Assembly: GCA_032718475.1 (NCBI GenBank)
Contig: JAUCBJ010004224.1
Location: 62,001-126,000 of the forward strand
From: Nemertoderma westbladi
Taxonomy: Eukaryota; Animalia; Xenacoelomorpha
Direction: 5' to 3'
Length of the DNA stretch: 64,000 nucleotides
The first letter of the stretch is position 1; the number at the start of each line of letters is the position of its first letter. The notes under the pieces were generated by a model, which was not told the origin of the DNA, did not search any database, and saw only the letters and a program-made list of their open reading frames with translations. This document shows, piece after piece, positions 46,870 through 59,059 of the stretch. A program made the position numbers and the translations under genes.

Positions 46870-48165
46870 TATAGCAGATATGACGGAGTTGATAGAAGAT
46901 GGTCTTGGTATCGGGGAGCGATATACTCTACTTTTACAAGCGCTTGTTGATAGCTTAATACGCGGCGACGTTAGTCCAACTGCTGCGGAGGACGATGGTC
47001 GTTATATCGAACCGCCAATGTCCCAAGAGCAGCTCACGCGTGAGTTGGACTATAGAAAATTCGCTGCTCGATATACGCGGCGTAATGGTATGTATATGGG
47101 CTTCTTAACTACTGGTCATCCTATCGATTTACACAATACGGACTATGTCGACTATATATCCTGCCCAGCGGAGTCGGAACCATAAACGGAAATTCGAATG
47201 CGAAAATTCTATTCGAAATCGACTCGAAAGAAAAGACACTTAAGAAACAAATGGACGCGGTAACTCCAACGTATATTTGGAATTCTTGATAGAAGCATTG
47301 TAACAACAAATAAATATCACCCGCGTTTACCCTACCAGACGTGCGTCTTTGGTATTATTACGATAAATGCCCTAGACCCAACTAATAAACGGAAAGACAT
47401 AAACATCCACGTAAACCGAAACTTGTTGATGTATCACCTATGCTCACTCGGCTCGAACGATCCTGGAGTAAACCTACGATCAGAGTCCCGGAATACTCGG
47501 TCAAACCTCCTCATTCCTTAGTTGGACCTCAGACCTGCGATCTTGGTGGTGTCGCGGATCATCGCGGACTGTATTCACTGTTCAAAGATCTAGTGCTACC
47601 CTAACAATTAATCGGTAACACTCCGGCAGTGATTTCTAGCTAGCCGCCCATCTTACCTAGCCAGATTGTGACGCGGACACCTAATATCACTATCCAACCG
47701 TATGGTCGTCCACGTTTAACGCGATACAACCCCTCATCACGGTGAAGGAGAGCGTTGTACGAAACGAGTTAAACGCTATTTTATAAAGATCAAAAAGGAA
47801 ACCTGCGTTTGTTCAGATAAACGTAAGTTATACCAGTGAGTCCAATCGATAAACGAATTGGCCTTATCTCAATTCGATTGGGAAATCCAGAATCTCTAAG
47901 AAGTTATCGAACTTGGACGATCCTATTTTCTGCGAGAGTTTTTGGATGAACGTATCCAGCTACGAGCGGAGGAAAATCAGCTCGAGGAGAAGCATATCGA
48001 AACGGCAGATACCTCGACCACAATCCTACACCTTCTGATGCAATCATATTGCACCCTTCATCCAGGAGTTATGGCCCTCCTAGTAAAGTGGCTTCCCCCA
48101 AAGAGAAAAAGACTCTTGCTAGCCTCAAAAAACTGCGTAAACGCCGTCTGCGTAAGAAAGACTAA
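46870..48165 (+). pseudogene. Degenerate, internally deleted ORF3 of copy 2
   Basis: MTELIEDGLGIGERY... start and ...RKKD* end are retained; many stops; jump near 48005 skips the exonuclease and knuckle region. Confidence 0.8.
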
Positions 48166-48243
48166 CTGTTTAGAGTATCTTTATGTTTTAGAAACTGTGA
48201 TTTTTATATTTTATAGACTGAAAATCCCATTTTCTGGGAGCGG

Positions 48244-49489
48244 TGTAAAAGCCTTTGCTGAATTGCCCCGTTATTTTTATTATCTTTTACATTAAAATAC
48301 TCTGTAGTTGATTTGGTGGGTGTGGGAGACCGTATTATTGCTGTATCGGTGTTTTTAGAGGATCTAAGACCTATTTCCTCCGTATGTGTACTGTGAAAGG
48401 CATATTTTATGATTCTATGGCAATTCGTGACGCAAAGGGGTGATAGCTACTCTTGAACAGTAGTTACTATGACTACGGTTAACAGCTGACATTCATACGT
48501 GTTGATTTCCTTTGTTCTACGGCGTCTCTCAGTTCAGTCAGCCAATGAGAGCGTTTTTGTGGCTCCTTGTACAGAAAATTTCCGAGAAATGACGCAATGC
48601 CTATGTGCAGTGTTTACATTCAGTCTTGAGCCAAAGAAAGAACGGCTTGGAAGCATTTTTGTGCTGTACTGCTTTTTAGTCGTACACTAGTAGGTTTAAT
48701 TATAAAGGGCATATATCCTTTAACTGCAATTTAACGCATCTAATGACTACTGATAACTTATCATACATCCTGACTGCTGAAACATTGCAAACTCATAACA
48801 ATCAGTGTTCAGTTGTTGTGTTATACTGCTATTTACTGTCATTTCTTCATAATATGGTTGATGAATTATTATATTTGGAATAACGATAAACAACCCCGAA
48901 ACCCAATGTTCTTGATATACCGAAGGTAAGAGAGAAGGGTTACAGATAAACGATTGTGACTTATGTTAAAGTGGTTTGAAGTGAATCTAATGTTATTTGA
49001 TAGACCCTACATGAGTCAGCCTGTGTTCCTTTTATATGTGACTAAAATCAGTGAAGATTGTCAGATTAGTGTGCAGTATTGTGCAGCATTGTGTATGAGT
49101 GAGTCTGTTAAAGAAGCAATTCCTAAAGAATGCGCCATATATGTGAATTATAATTAAGCCATATCGTTGTGAGTAGTTTAAGTCATAACTCTGTTTATAT
49201 AGGTAAAGCGCCACGTCCTAAGGGAACTGTTAATATTCCCGAAGGTAAATAATATTGTCAGAGATTATATAATACTGTCCGTCGAATAATACATTAGGCT
49301 TACATAGCAATAAAATTAAACCGTCGAACCCAATCTCCCGGGAATATCCAGCGGGTGAATGGTCGCGCACGGATTGGTTTCGACTAGTGTAGTGAATCAA
49401 ATACTTGTCATAGACTAAAAAGCGATTTATTATCTAAAAGACATTCTAATTTGGCGGGTTAAACTGCCAAAGGTCTGAAAGCGCGAACA
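48244..49489 (+). repeat. 3' LTR of BEL copy 2 (1246 bp)
   Basis: Preceded by the PPT-like GGGAGCGG; TG...CA ends. Confidence 0.95.
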
Positions 49490-49494
49490 CGGGC

Positions 49495-49694
49495 GGAATA
49501 GTATTAAAAGGAAAAATATCATTGTAACAGAATAAACAGTAAATATGAGATAAATTCAATAATGGAGTAGTAATATTAGAACCGCATTGCTGGTGGTAAG
49601 AATTCTTACAGATATCGCATACTATTTTCCTATCTTTTTTATTAAATTTTGAAAAGCAGAAATGGCAGGATGTACGAGGGTCATTGACTGGCAT
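49495..49694 (-). pseudogene. LINE E ORF2 N-terminal PHD-like finger
   Basis: CHFC...CDICKNSYHQQC...YCLFC; rejoins 37673 in frame (NTIPP|DDYDIFES). Confidence 0.85.
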
Positions 49695-49876
49695 AAAATA
49701 TATTTTGGAATTTAATATAAAATAATGGCAAAGGCAATGTCAAAATAAAATCCCAATAGTTCGAAGTACTGCACTGTACTACTGTGTACTAAAAAATTTC
49801 AGATAACCTACACGGAACCGGTACCGAGTTTGCATGGTAATTTGAGGTTTATTAGGCGAGCAGGCGAAGATTTAGG

Positions 49877-50662
49877 TTAGTCGCAGTTGCTGGTGGTAGA
49901 AAGAATGGACTCATTGATAAGATTTGTAGAATCATTAACTCCTACGGTGACGTTCATCTTGGTTCCGGCAACTCTCCCTCGAATATCATCAATATCAGAA
50001 GAGGATCGAATAGTGCGTGTCGAATCGTCAGGTTTTATTTTACAGAGGATAGAACCATTGCGAGAGAATGCTGAGTGAATCAACTTTGATTTCTTGAGTT
50101 GTTTTAGAGAACGTAGGAGACCGGATCGACGCGCTGTGAGATGCTCAGTTAAGTATACATTATTGGGGAGTTTTTCTTTCATCTTAATAACCGATAGACG
50201 TTTTTCTCGGGAAATGAATCTTACGATAAGGGGGCGCGATCGAGCTGCTGACGATCTGGTATCAGCAAATCTACCAACAGATCTTGGTGGCGGCATTCGG
50301 TGCATTATATCTATGTCGGAGGGGGAAATACCAGCAGATTTAAGAGCGATATCCACTGCAGCTTTATCGTTAGAAATCCCATGAAAGAGAAGGTTGTAAT
50401 TTTTCGAATATTGTTCCGAGTTCTCATTATCGTCCTGCAGCTTTTCCAGATGGTGATAGAGCGTTGTAATATCATTAGATATAGTATCACAACGTTTATT
50501 TAGAATAACAACTTTCGATGCCTCACTTTTGATTGCGGCAATATCAGATTTAATCGCAACGATGTCGGTGGATAGCATTTTGATTAATTCGTAAAGATCG
50601 TCCGTCGTTATTTGGCTATCTGCGTCAGGTGCATTTTGACTGGGTTTGCGACGAGTTGGCAT
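49877..50662 (-). CDS. LINE E ORF1 (coiled coil + RRM-like)
   Basis: EQYSKNYNLLFHGI, MHR, RPLIVRF, EHLT; homologous to LINE B ORF1. Confidence 0.85.
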   Translation of the reverse strand: MPTRRKPSQNAPDADSQITTDDLYELIKMLSTDIVAIKSDIAAIKSEASKVVILNKRCDTISNDITTLYHHLEKLQDDNENSEQYSKNYNLLFHGISNDKAAVDIALKSAGISPSDIDIMHRMPPPRSVGRFADTRSSAARSRPLIVRFISREKRLSVIKMKEKLPNNVYLTEHLTARRSGLLRSLKQLKKSKLIHSAFSRNGSILCKIKPDDSTRTIRSSSDIDDIRGRVAGTKMNVTVGVNDSTNLINESILSTTSNCD

Positions 50663-50831
50663 GATGATTATGATGTGAATGTAGATTATATAGGGGTAAA
50701 TGCCGGTTTATATTACTATGTTATAGTTATTGAATATGCCTGCATGAGTCTGATAGTTTACAGCAAGCAGTACAGCGGTACCGGTAGGTAATTAATACAG
50801 TTATCCTGACATGGTACGGTAGGTAGGCCAT

Positions 50832-53800
50832 CCTATCGGTAGAAGAAGAAAGAGCCAAGCAGATACAGGAAACAACTACGCGTTTTCTTAAAGATCAAGG
50901 TAGATATGAGATTGGTCTGCCTTTCCGACGGCGAGAACCCAATTTTATAAACAACCGACCCTTGGCGGAGAAGAGAATTGTGCAACTACATCGACGCCTT
51001 ACGGCAAAGGCTTCAGCTAAGGAGATGTACAAGACCCAGTTGAAGAAATTCATTGACAAGGGATATGCGGAGCGAGTACCGGAAGAAAGACCTATAACTG
51101 AGAGAACGTACTATCTAACACATCATTACGTTCCCAAACCCGGTAAACCCAACGAAGTCCGGGTAGTATTTGACGGCTCCGCCCTCTCCATGGGCCAATC
51201 TCTTAATTCCAAGTTGTTGCCGGGACCCAACTTACTACAATCCTTGTTGGGAATACTCTTAAGATTACGACAATATTCAATCGCTTTCGCCTCCGATATA
51301 GAAGGCATGTTCTTACAAACTAGGGCGCTGGATAGAGATCGAGACAGCCTACGATTTCTGTGGTGGCCTGAAGGAGACCTCAACCAGAAACCGGTGGAGT
51401 ACTGGATGACCATCCAGGCTTTTGGGATCATCTCGAGTCCTTCAAACGCCTGCTCAGTAGCTGCTGATGACAACCGGGACGCCTTCTCCAAAGAGGTTAT
51501 CGACAACATCAAACGGGATATATACATGGACGACAATTTAAAGTCCCTCCCATCGGTGGAAGAAGCCATTGATGTCGCCAAAGGAACGGTAGAGTGCTTG
51601 AAAAGAGGTGGATTTCGATTAACTAAATTCACCAGCAACTCCCGTGAATTTCTGGAATCGATCCCGGTAGGAGACCGAGGAGTTAAAGATCTAGACTTAA
51701 TCAAGGACGATCTTCCAGAAACCAAGACGCTTGGTTTGAAATGGGACACAGAGAGAGATATCCTGTTTTTCCAGCTAAAACAGCGAGATAATCCAATTCG
51801 GACTAAACGGATTTGTCTAAGTATCCTGAGCACTTATTTCGATCCATTGGGATTTATTAGCCCAGTTATATTGATTGCTCGGAATTTAGTACAACAAATG
51901 TGGCTTGAAAACCACTCATGGGATGATCCACTTAAGGGAGAACTATTAAAGAAATGGATGAAATGGGAAGATTCTCTACCATCCATCGAGAACTTTATAA
52001 TTTCCCGTTCATATTTTGGTCATGTTCTCCCCACGTATTCCTATCAACTCCACGTGTTTGGAGACGCCAGCGATATGGGAATAGGTATAGTAGCCTACCT
52101 GAGAGTTGAAACTCCGGATGGAATTAAGGTCGCCTTGGTTACCTCTAAGGCCTTGATTAACAACAAGTTGAAAGTTCCTTGAGTGGAGTTAAAAGCGGCT
52201 CTATACGCTACAGCCATCGGCCGGAATGTAACAGAACAGATCAACTATCCACTGGAGAAAACTGTCTATTGGACCGATGCTTTACTCGTGTTGGAGTATC
52301 TAACTAATGAAGTCTGTCAGTTCAGCGTCTTCGTTACCAACAGAGTAGCCATTATACTTAGTCGCACGAAGATAGATCAATGGACACATTGCCCCGGGAC
52401 GATTAATCCAGCCGACATCGCCTCCAGGGGAGCAACTCCACAAGAACTGATAGATACTCCAGACTGGTTAGGTGGACCCGACTTCCTAAGCAAGGAAGAG
52501 GATGAATGGCCTCCTCATCTTACTACGGCGGAGATTAGACAAGCCAAGGGAGCGGAGAAAGTCAAACCTAAAACCCGAGCGAGTAAATCGAAGTTATTTA
52601 AACCCGTGATAGATCTGTCTGTACTATACATTTCCGGAGACGACGCTTTGGATCCACAATCCCCGGCCACAAATAAGTCTGTTGTGGAAATCAGAGAGAG
52701 AGATTGGAAATCTGGAACACTTCACCTCTCCAAGGACTTTCACCTCTCCTGCAGAGAGCGATATATCACTATAGTTCCTGGAATCGGCTCTGTAAGGCCG
52801 TTACATATTTAAAGCGATGTATTCATCATCACTACTCCAGGACGAAGACCACTAGTGATACCGCTCCACTGACATCTGCGCAGGTCCATGTTGTTAAAGA
52901 TCTTCCCAAATACAAAATATCGGACAGATTTCTGAAGGAGAGAATCAGTTACCAGGAGCATGAAGAAACCAATAAGCAGATACTGAGACTCCTGCAATGC
53001 TATGAGGATTCCGATAAGTATTTCCTGTTGTTGAGAAATCCACAGATACGCTTAAGGGATCGTTTCTCTAGCACAATGATAGATGGGTTAATACGTGTTG
53101 GAGGAAGACTAACTAATGCTCCATTATCCTTTGACACTAAGTTTCCCATACTCATTAGAAATCTTGAAATACAAATCAAGATGATTGTAGATGTTCACAG
53201 TAAGCTTTATCATGCTGGTAGAGAACGAGTTCTTAGCGAAATTCGAACTCGTTATTATTTTCATAAACCCCGTAGAGCTCTGAACCAAGTTCTTAGGAAC
53301 TGCATACCCTGTAGGAAAGCATTCAGTAGGCCTTTAACACAGCGAGAGGCAGAATTACCTAGGGAACGAGTAAGCTTCTATGAACCACCCTTTACTAATA
53401 CCGGTGTGGATTTATTTGGCCCTATTGAAGTATACCGTGCTAGGACTATAGTCAAGAGATGGTGTGTCATCTTTGTCTGTATGACTTGTAGAGCTATCCA
53501 TCTCGATATGGTGAACGATTTATCTACCAATAGCTTCATATTGAGCTAGTAACACGATGAGATCTGATAAGGGAACGAACTTCATTGGTGCCAACAACGA
53601 AATCAGGGCTTACGTCAAAGATTGGAACCAAAGACAGGTGGACGATCAGCTAAAAGTAACAGCGTCTAGCTGGACCTTCAATGCCGCCGACGCCCCTTGG
53701 TGGGAAGGAAGTTGGGAGAGATTAATCAGGAGCGTGAAGACCGCATTTCACTTTATAGTGCCGTGCCGCGCGTATCTCACCGACGAACTTTTGCAGACGT

Positions 53801-54376
53801 TAATGGGGAAATCGCCGCCTATCTCAACGAGAGACCGCTTATGCCAGTCTCATCGAGTCCCGATTCCCTGGAAGCGCTAACACCCGCGCACTTCCTACTG
53901 AAGAAACCTGTAGCCATGCTCCCACGATCGGAAATCACGGACGGGGACGAATACTGCCGACAAACTTGGCAACTTATGCAGTTGTTATCCCGTCGTTTCG
54001 CTGACCATTTCGAAAAACATTATCTGCCTACGTTACAACTTTGAACCAAGTGGTTTGCGCAGCAAGGAAACGTCAGCGCCGGAGACATGGTCCTTATTGT
54101 GGATTCAGATCTTCCACGTAGCGGTGGCAGACAGGTCATATCATCGAGACTCATATCTCAGATGACGGTTTAGTGAGATCGGTAGAACTCGTCGTCATGC
54201 GACGTAACTTTAAGAAACCGGGAATTGTCTTCGAGATGCAGCAGCTCAATCGCCCAGTCGGTCGTTTATGTTTACTGGAAAGAGACAGAGAACTCTCCAG
54301 AAACTATGGAAGGCAAGATACTCTTCCCACGACCACCTCCCTAATCCAACAAACATCTAGGGACTCCCCAACGTAA
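50832..54376 (+). pseudogene. BEL copy 3 RT-RNase H-integrase segment
   Basis: ORFs 50962-52182, 52183-52812, 52704-53549, 53557-53880, 53697-54044 and 54173-54376 match copy 1 pol. Confidence 0.92.
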
Positions 54377-56084
54377 CAGCGTCTGGAGTGGGTGTGTGAC
54401 TATATTATTTTATATTTGTTTTTATTATTTTATATTTAGGTATGTATTATTATGTACTCTTATTATAATCGTTTTCTTTAATTTTATTTAGTAGAGTGTT
54501 ATTTTAGCGATTATTTAGAAGATTAGTGCAATATATATTAGTGTTTATTACTTACTTACTTATATTATATTATATATTTAGTGCGACGGCGAGAAATAAT
54601 TCTTTTTCTCTTTCCTTACTGTCCGTATCATATTATAAATACGTGACTACAGTAAGATGAAATATCCGTACTTATTAAAGTACAATAAAGCTCCTACTAT
54701 ATTCAAGTATTATTGGTAAGTAGAGTATTAGGAATGCAAAATTCAGATCCTCGTGTCTCGGCTAAACCAAGCCCTGGGTAGACCTTGGAAATGACTTGCC
54801 TCTTCTCACTGACATTGCTTCTTGCAATATTGCTCTCATACCGTATATTAAATAATACATATAGTAGCGTGATGTCCCTTTAACAGTAGCGTACAACGCA
54901 AATAAATCTGTTAAACCCTTTGACCATCTGCAATTCTAGTCGATTAAGATATTGTGGCACCCACCGATATACTTGAAAGACAAAATTCTAGAATCAGTGG
55001 TTAACGTCCCCAGACATGTTCTGGAATAAACCGGTGCCCATCTTAAATATTAACTATTAATATTTATAAAATTTGTCAAACAAATACAATAGAGTAAATA
55101 CTTACAAGTTAACTCTAGAAAATCTATAAATTAAAATCTGTTAAAATTCAGATCCTTTAAAATTCTAGTCGATTAAGATATCGTAGCACTTACCGATACT
55201 TTTAAAAGGACAAATTTCCTAGAATTCAGGATCCTAGTTCCCAGACATGCTCTGGAATAAAATTATGTCTGTTTTAATGATAAATAATAAAATTTACGGG
55301 AATAAATTTAAATTCATCTCTTTTAATGAATTTGATAAATTGTCATTTTTATACAATTTATAACATTCCCAAAATTCCATTAATTAATAGATCATGGGAG
55401 CGGAGATTCACCCTATTAAGTATATTAGTGTGCGAGAATCTCCAATATATAGTCAATAGCCGATAAAATTCATGGAATCATGTATAAAGGGGATGTTGAC
55501 AATTAAAGAATTACTATTAAATAGCATCCCAGATCTGTATGCATGGGAATTACCCTAATTCTACCGCTAGCTTTCCATAATGTCACCATAGCAACAACCA
55601 CGCTAGAATTAGAAGCGAGTTAAATGAACAATAGAAAGCTTGCCCCATTGAATAGCATAGGGAATAAATAGCACACTGATAGTATCCAAGGATACATAAT
55701 AATAACGTGGCATTCTGGAAGGCACTTGACTAACGGACAAATGGCCCGAATGTGTACAATTTGTGACAGTTGTGTGGAATTTGTGCGTTTATAGGTGAAT
55801 GTTACTGCTAAAGTGTGTTTACAGTAGCGAGTCGCAGTTGTGAAAGTAGCCCTAACTCTGCAGTAAGAACCTGAAGTAAATCTAAGCCTTTGGGACGGAC
55901 AGTGGAGTGACTCGTGCTGGTTATCGTTGTCGTTGCGTAGCTACTACGTTGGCGAAAAACACAGCGACGACGGTACATCGGCACTGAGGATCTTGCACTG
56001 TCCGGGGGCCGTGAGGGGTAGGCAGCGACGCCCGCTAGCCTAATTATAAACTCATTATAATATTGATAAACTCATATAGCAGCT

Positions 56085-56455
56085 ATGACTGAGTTGATAG
56101 AAGATGATCTTGGTATCAGGGAGCGATATACTCTACCTTTACAAGCGTTTGTTGATAGCTTGATATGCGGCGACGCTAGTCCAACTACTACGGAGGATGA
56201 TGGTCGTTATATCGAACCGCCGATATCCCAGGAGCAACTTACGCATGAATTGGACTATAGAAAATTCACCGCTCGCTATACGCATCGTAATGGTACGTAT
56301 ATGGACTTCTTAACTACTGGCCATCCTATCGATTTACACGATACGGACGATGTGCAGACACCGAAAGGGAAATGGTTTTATTTAAATGTCATACCCAGCG
56401 GAGTCGGAACGATAAACCGAGAATAGAACACGAGAATTCTATTCGAAACCGACTC
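56085..56455 (+). pseudogene. 5' part of BEL copy 3 ORF3 (truncated)
   Basis: MTELIEDDLGIRERY...FTARYTHRNGTYMDFLTTGHPIDLHD; spans the empty LINE D site. Confidence 0.85.
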
Positions 56456-57960
56456 TGTTCTTCGACTTTGTTGGTCTGTATAACTTTAGCAACGCAGTCC
56501 TTGATCTTGTCCTCGAGATTGCAGGATCGATTTGCGGGAGCGCCATGGCGACTGGGGTTTACCCATTGGTCATGGCGGCGTTTAGTGGGACCGAGTGGTC
56601 TTCTAGCATCGCGGGGTTCTGGAGAAGGTGAGCGAATGTCGCTATTTCCATCCGACTCCAAGGTCTTCCCAACTAAGAAATCGCGCAACTCGTTCATCTG
56701 AGAAGTTAGCGACTCGAGCTTGTCAGCAACAGAAACTTGATTATTGTCGCTGTCCGGTACCGGTGTGCCGGTACAACCAGATCCGGCAGCAACATGTTCA
56801 GACATGGACTGGTCCCGGCATTTAACACATAGGAAAACTAAGCTAGGATACTTGCCGAGGGCGTCGTATACTGCGGCCGGAATACGCGAGTGGTTGCTGT
56901 GTTCCCATCGGTCACACCCATAACATTGTAACCCATTGTGAATAACTCGTTTGGCACACACAGTGCAAACTTCGTCGTCACCCTGAGTGGCGTTATTAAG
57001 TTTCTCAAATGGGTTGTTCAATCTAGATGTTGGACTTTTGGTACTCGAAACTTTGCTGCTAGCAGGAAGTCGACTGCCGGTGCCGGACGTTGGAAGTTGT
57101 GATTTACCAGCAACAGATAAATTACCCTTATCTGTTACCGGCACCTTTGTCGTATCGGTTGCCTTCTTATTCGACCTTTTCTTCGGAGATTTGGGTTTAC
57201 GATTTCCTGTACCAGTAGGCCTACCCTTCAGGATTTCAACCGGGGACTGACTGCCCGAAACGGCAGTCAGTTGGCTCGATCTAACTTCCTGTTTATCTCG
57301 ATCCAGTTTATCCTGACACTCCATGATATGGAGTTGGAGGTCGTCGACGTCGTCGAACACGGCCTCACAGTTGCAACATGAAACAGTTATGGACCGCCTT
57401 CCCCGGATGGGAGAGGGCGGCATAATGTACCGTTGGTCGAAGCACCGGCACCGAGTTATGCAGTAGGATGATGAGTCGTCGTAATATTTAAAATTATATA
57501 AATTAAAATAAGCAAGTGCAGGATGAGATAACCACCATTACATTTTTGGTGTAATAGACTCGTTATCCGTCTCGATCGCTTCGCTATGCACATCTTACTG
57601 TGTTTAATAAACTCAGAAACTCCATCGCCTTCCTGTCGTTCTCTGTTTTGTAGATTACTTCGCCATCATCTGATCGCTTTGGGTGCGTGTTTAATACTGT
57701 AATAGACTCCGCCGCCATCGTATCGTTCTGGATACATTGAACAGTTGAATAGACTCTATCAGTCCATTGTCCATCGCGATCGTTTCATTGTTACGTTTAA
57801 TTGACTCCGTCGCCTCCTCGGATTAGGAATCCGGCCGGGTTTCGTAGATTCCGCCATCGTTCAGCAGTTCAGTGTTTTTAATCAAAGCTAGAATTCCGGC
57901 ACCGGCACCATGATCAACGATTTCGGAAGTAACAGACTCCGTCAACAACACTCGGGGTTT
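56456..57960 (-). mobile_element. LINE F 5' fragment: repeat-rich leader and ORF1-like gene (57423 down to ~56456) with Zn finger + PHD finger
   Basis: CCNC...LQLHIMEC; CTVC...LQCYGCDRWEH...FLCVKC; following coiled coil; typical of CR1-group ORF1; no ORF2 present. Confidence 0.65.
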
Positions 57961-59059
57961 AAAAAATACAACTATTGGCTGATCGGGCAACTTGTAACTG
58001 GGCGATCATCTATCTGATAGTAGAAAAAGACTGTCTGACAGTTGGTATCAGACTATCTGATAGTTAGCGCCCCATGGGTAAATCCTTACCCCATGGGCTG
58101 TTACCTCTCTGACTGACAGCGCAACAGCCCCTATAGGACAGGGCGGGGCGTGTATCATCTCTAATGCAGATGCGTATCAAGCCTTTGCCTTCAATGGTGC
58201 CCTAGGCGCTATAGCCCTCAATGACTTATTTAGTTGACGGGGCTGAACCAACCCACTCTTGATCAACTAAATAATGAATAGGCTATGCTTATCGGGCCTG
58301 CCCTACCGGGCTACCGATCTAATTTATTTTATTCATATTTTTAAAAAATACTTACTTACATACAGTATATTATTTTTTACATAGATATTAATAATTAGTG
58401 CAGTTCTTAAGACTCGTAATTACCGGTATCAATATTTAATCATTACCCATAAACAGTTTTAGGTACTTATTGTAACTTCATCTATGTAGTATTTGTAAAT
58501 TGTCTACTGTATATCAAAGTTTTTAGTTAAATTGTTAATTTACTTAAGTAAGGTACAACAAGCATTTGATTTCTATACCTTAAACATTGGAATTGGAATT
58601 TTTTATTTGACATTAAATCAGTTAAAAAACAAGCACTAAAGATAGCATTAAAGCAGTGTAAGGAAAAGGTAAAGGCAACAAACCAATGTACAGTATGGTA
58701 TGGACGGGAGACGGGAAATTTTAAACACCATTTACAACATAATTATGGTAAGACATTTCTATTTCAGGATTTAGGACCAACAAACTTAGTGGATACGAGA
58801 TGAAAGGTGTAAGTGCAGCAACTATAAAAATTATTGAAATTTTACTAAAAATTATTGTAATTATGATAAGGAATTTAGGACCATACGAAGACAGTGGATA
58901 CGAGGTGCAAGGTATAAATAAAAGAAACAACAACAGAATAATTATAAAAACGTTCGACACCAATAAAATCTATATTTTATGAACTGTATTTATTTCTATT
59001 GTCTTACTAAAAATATTATTTACTGTAGTTATTTATAATAAGTTTACCGCGGTAAGTTA

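Larger units (their letters stand above)
37679..49489 (+). mobile_element. BEL copy 2: complete two-LTR non-autonomous derivative (11.8 kb)
   Basis: LTRs at 37679-38927 and 48244-49489 with TG...CA ends; 5-bp TSD CGGGC at 37674-37678 and 49490-49494. Confidence 0.95.
33232..50831 (-). mobile_element. LINE E (related to LINE B), full length, carrying two nested insertions
   Basis: TSD CCTATC at 33226-33231 and 50832-50837; minus-strand 3' end AATAAA-GAACCCTCAAGGGTTC hairpin-(TTGA)n; ORF2 rejoins in frame across both insertions. Confidence 0.92.
31031..56455 (+). mobile_element. BEL copy 3, truncated at both ends; own sequence 31031-33231 and 50832-56455, split by the 17.6 kb LINE E block
   Basis: High identity to copy 1; NSYDKALS|VEEERAK is rejoined across the CCTATC TSD; multiple stops and frameshifts. 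Confidence 0.92.

Noticed and set aside
56389-57423. PHD/zinc-finger ORF as a host chromatin gene
   Set aside because: Intronless, truncated against a BEL fragment, and its architecture matches CR1-group LINE ORF1; the last ~20 codons are antisense BEL sequence
58721-58982. Short ORFs with a loosely duplicated AGTGGATACGAG motif
   Set aside because: Low-complexity AT-rich sequence with no recognisable domain; cannot be supported as coding
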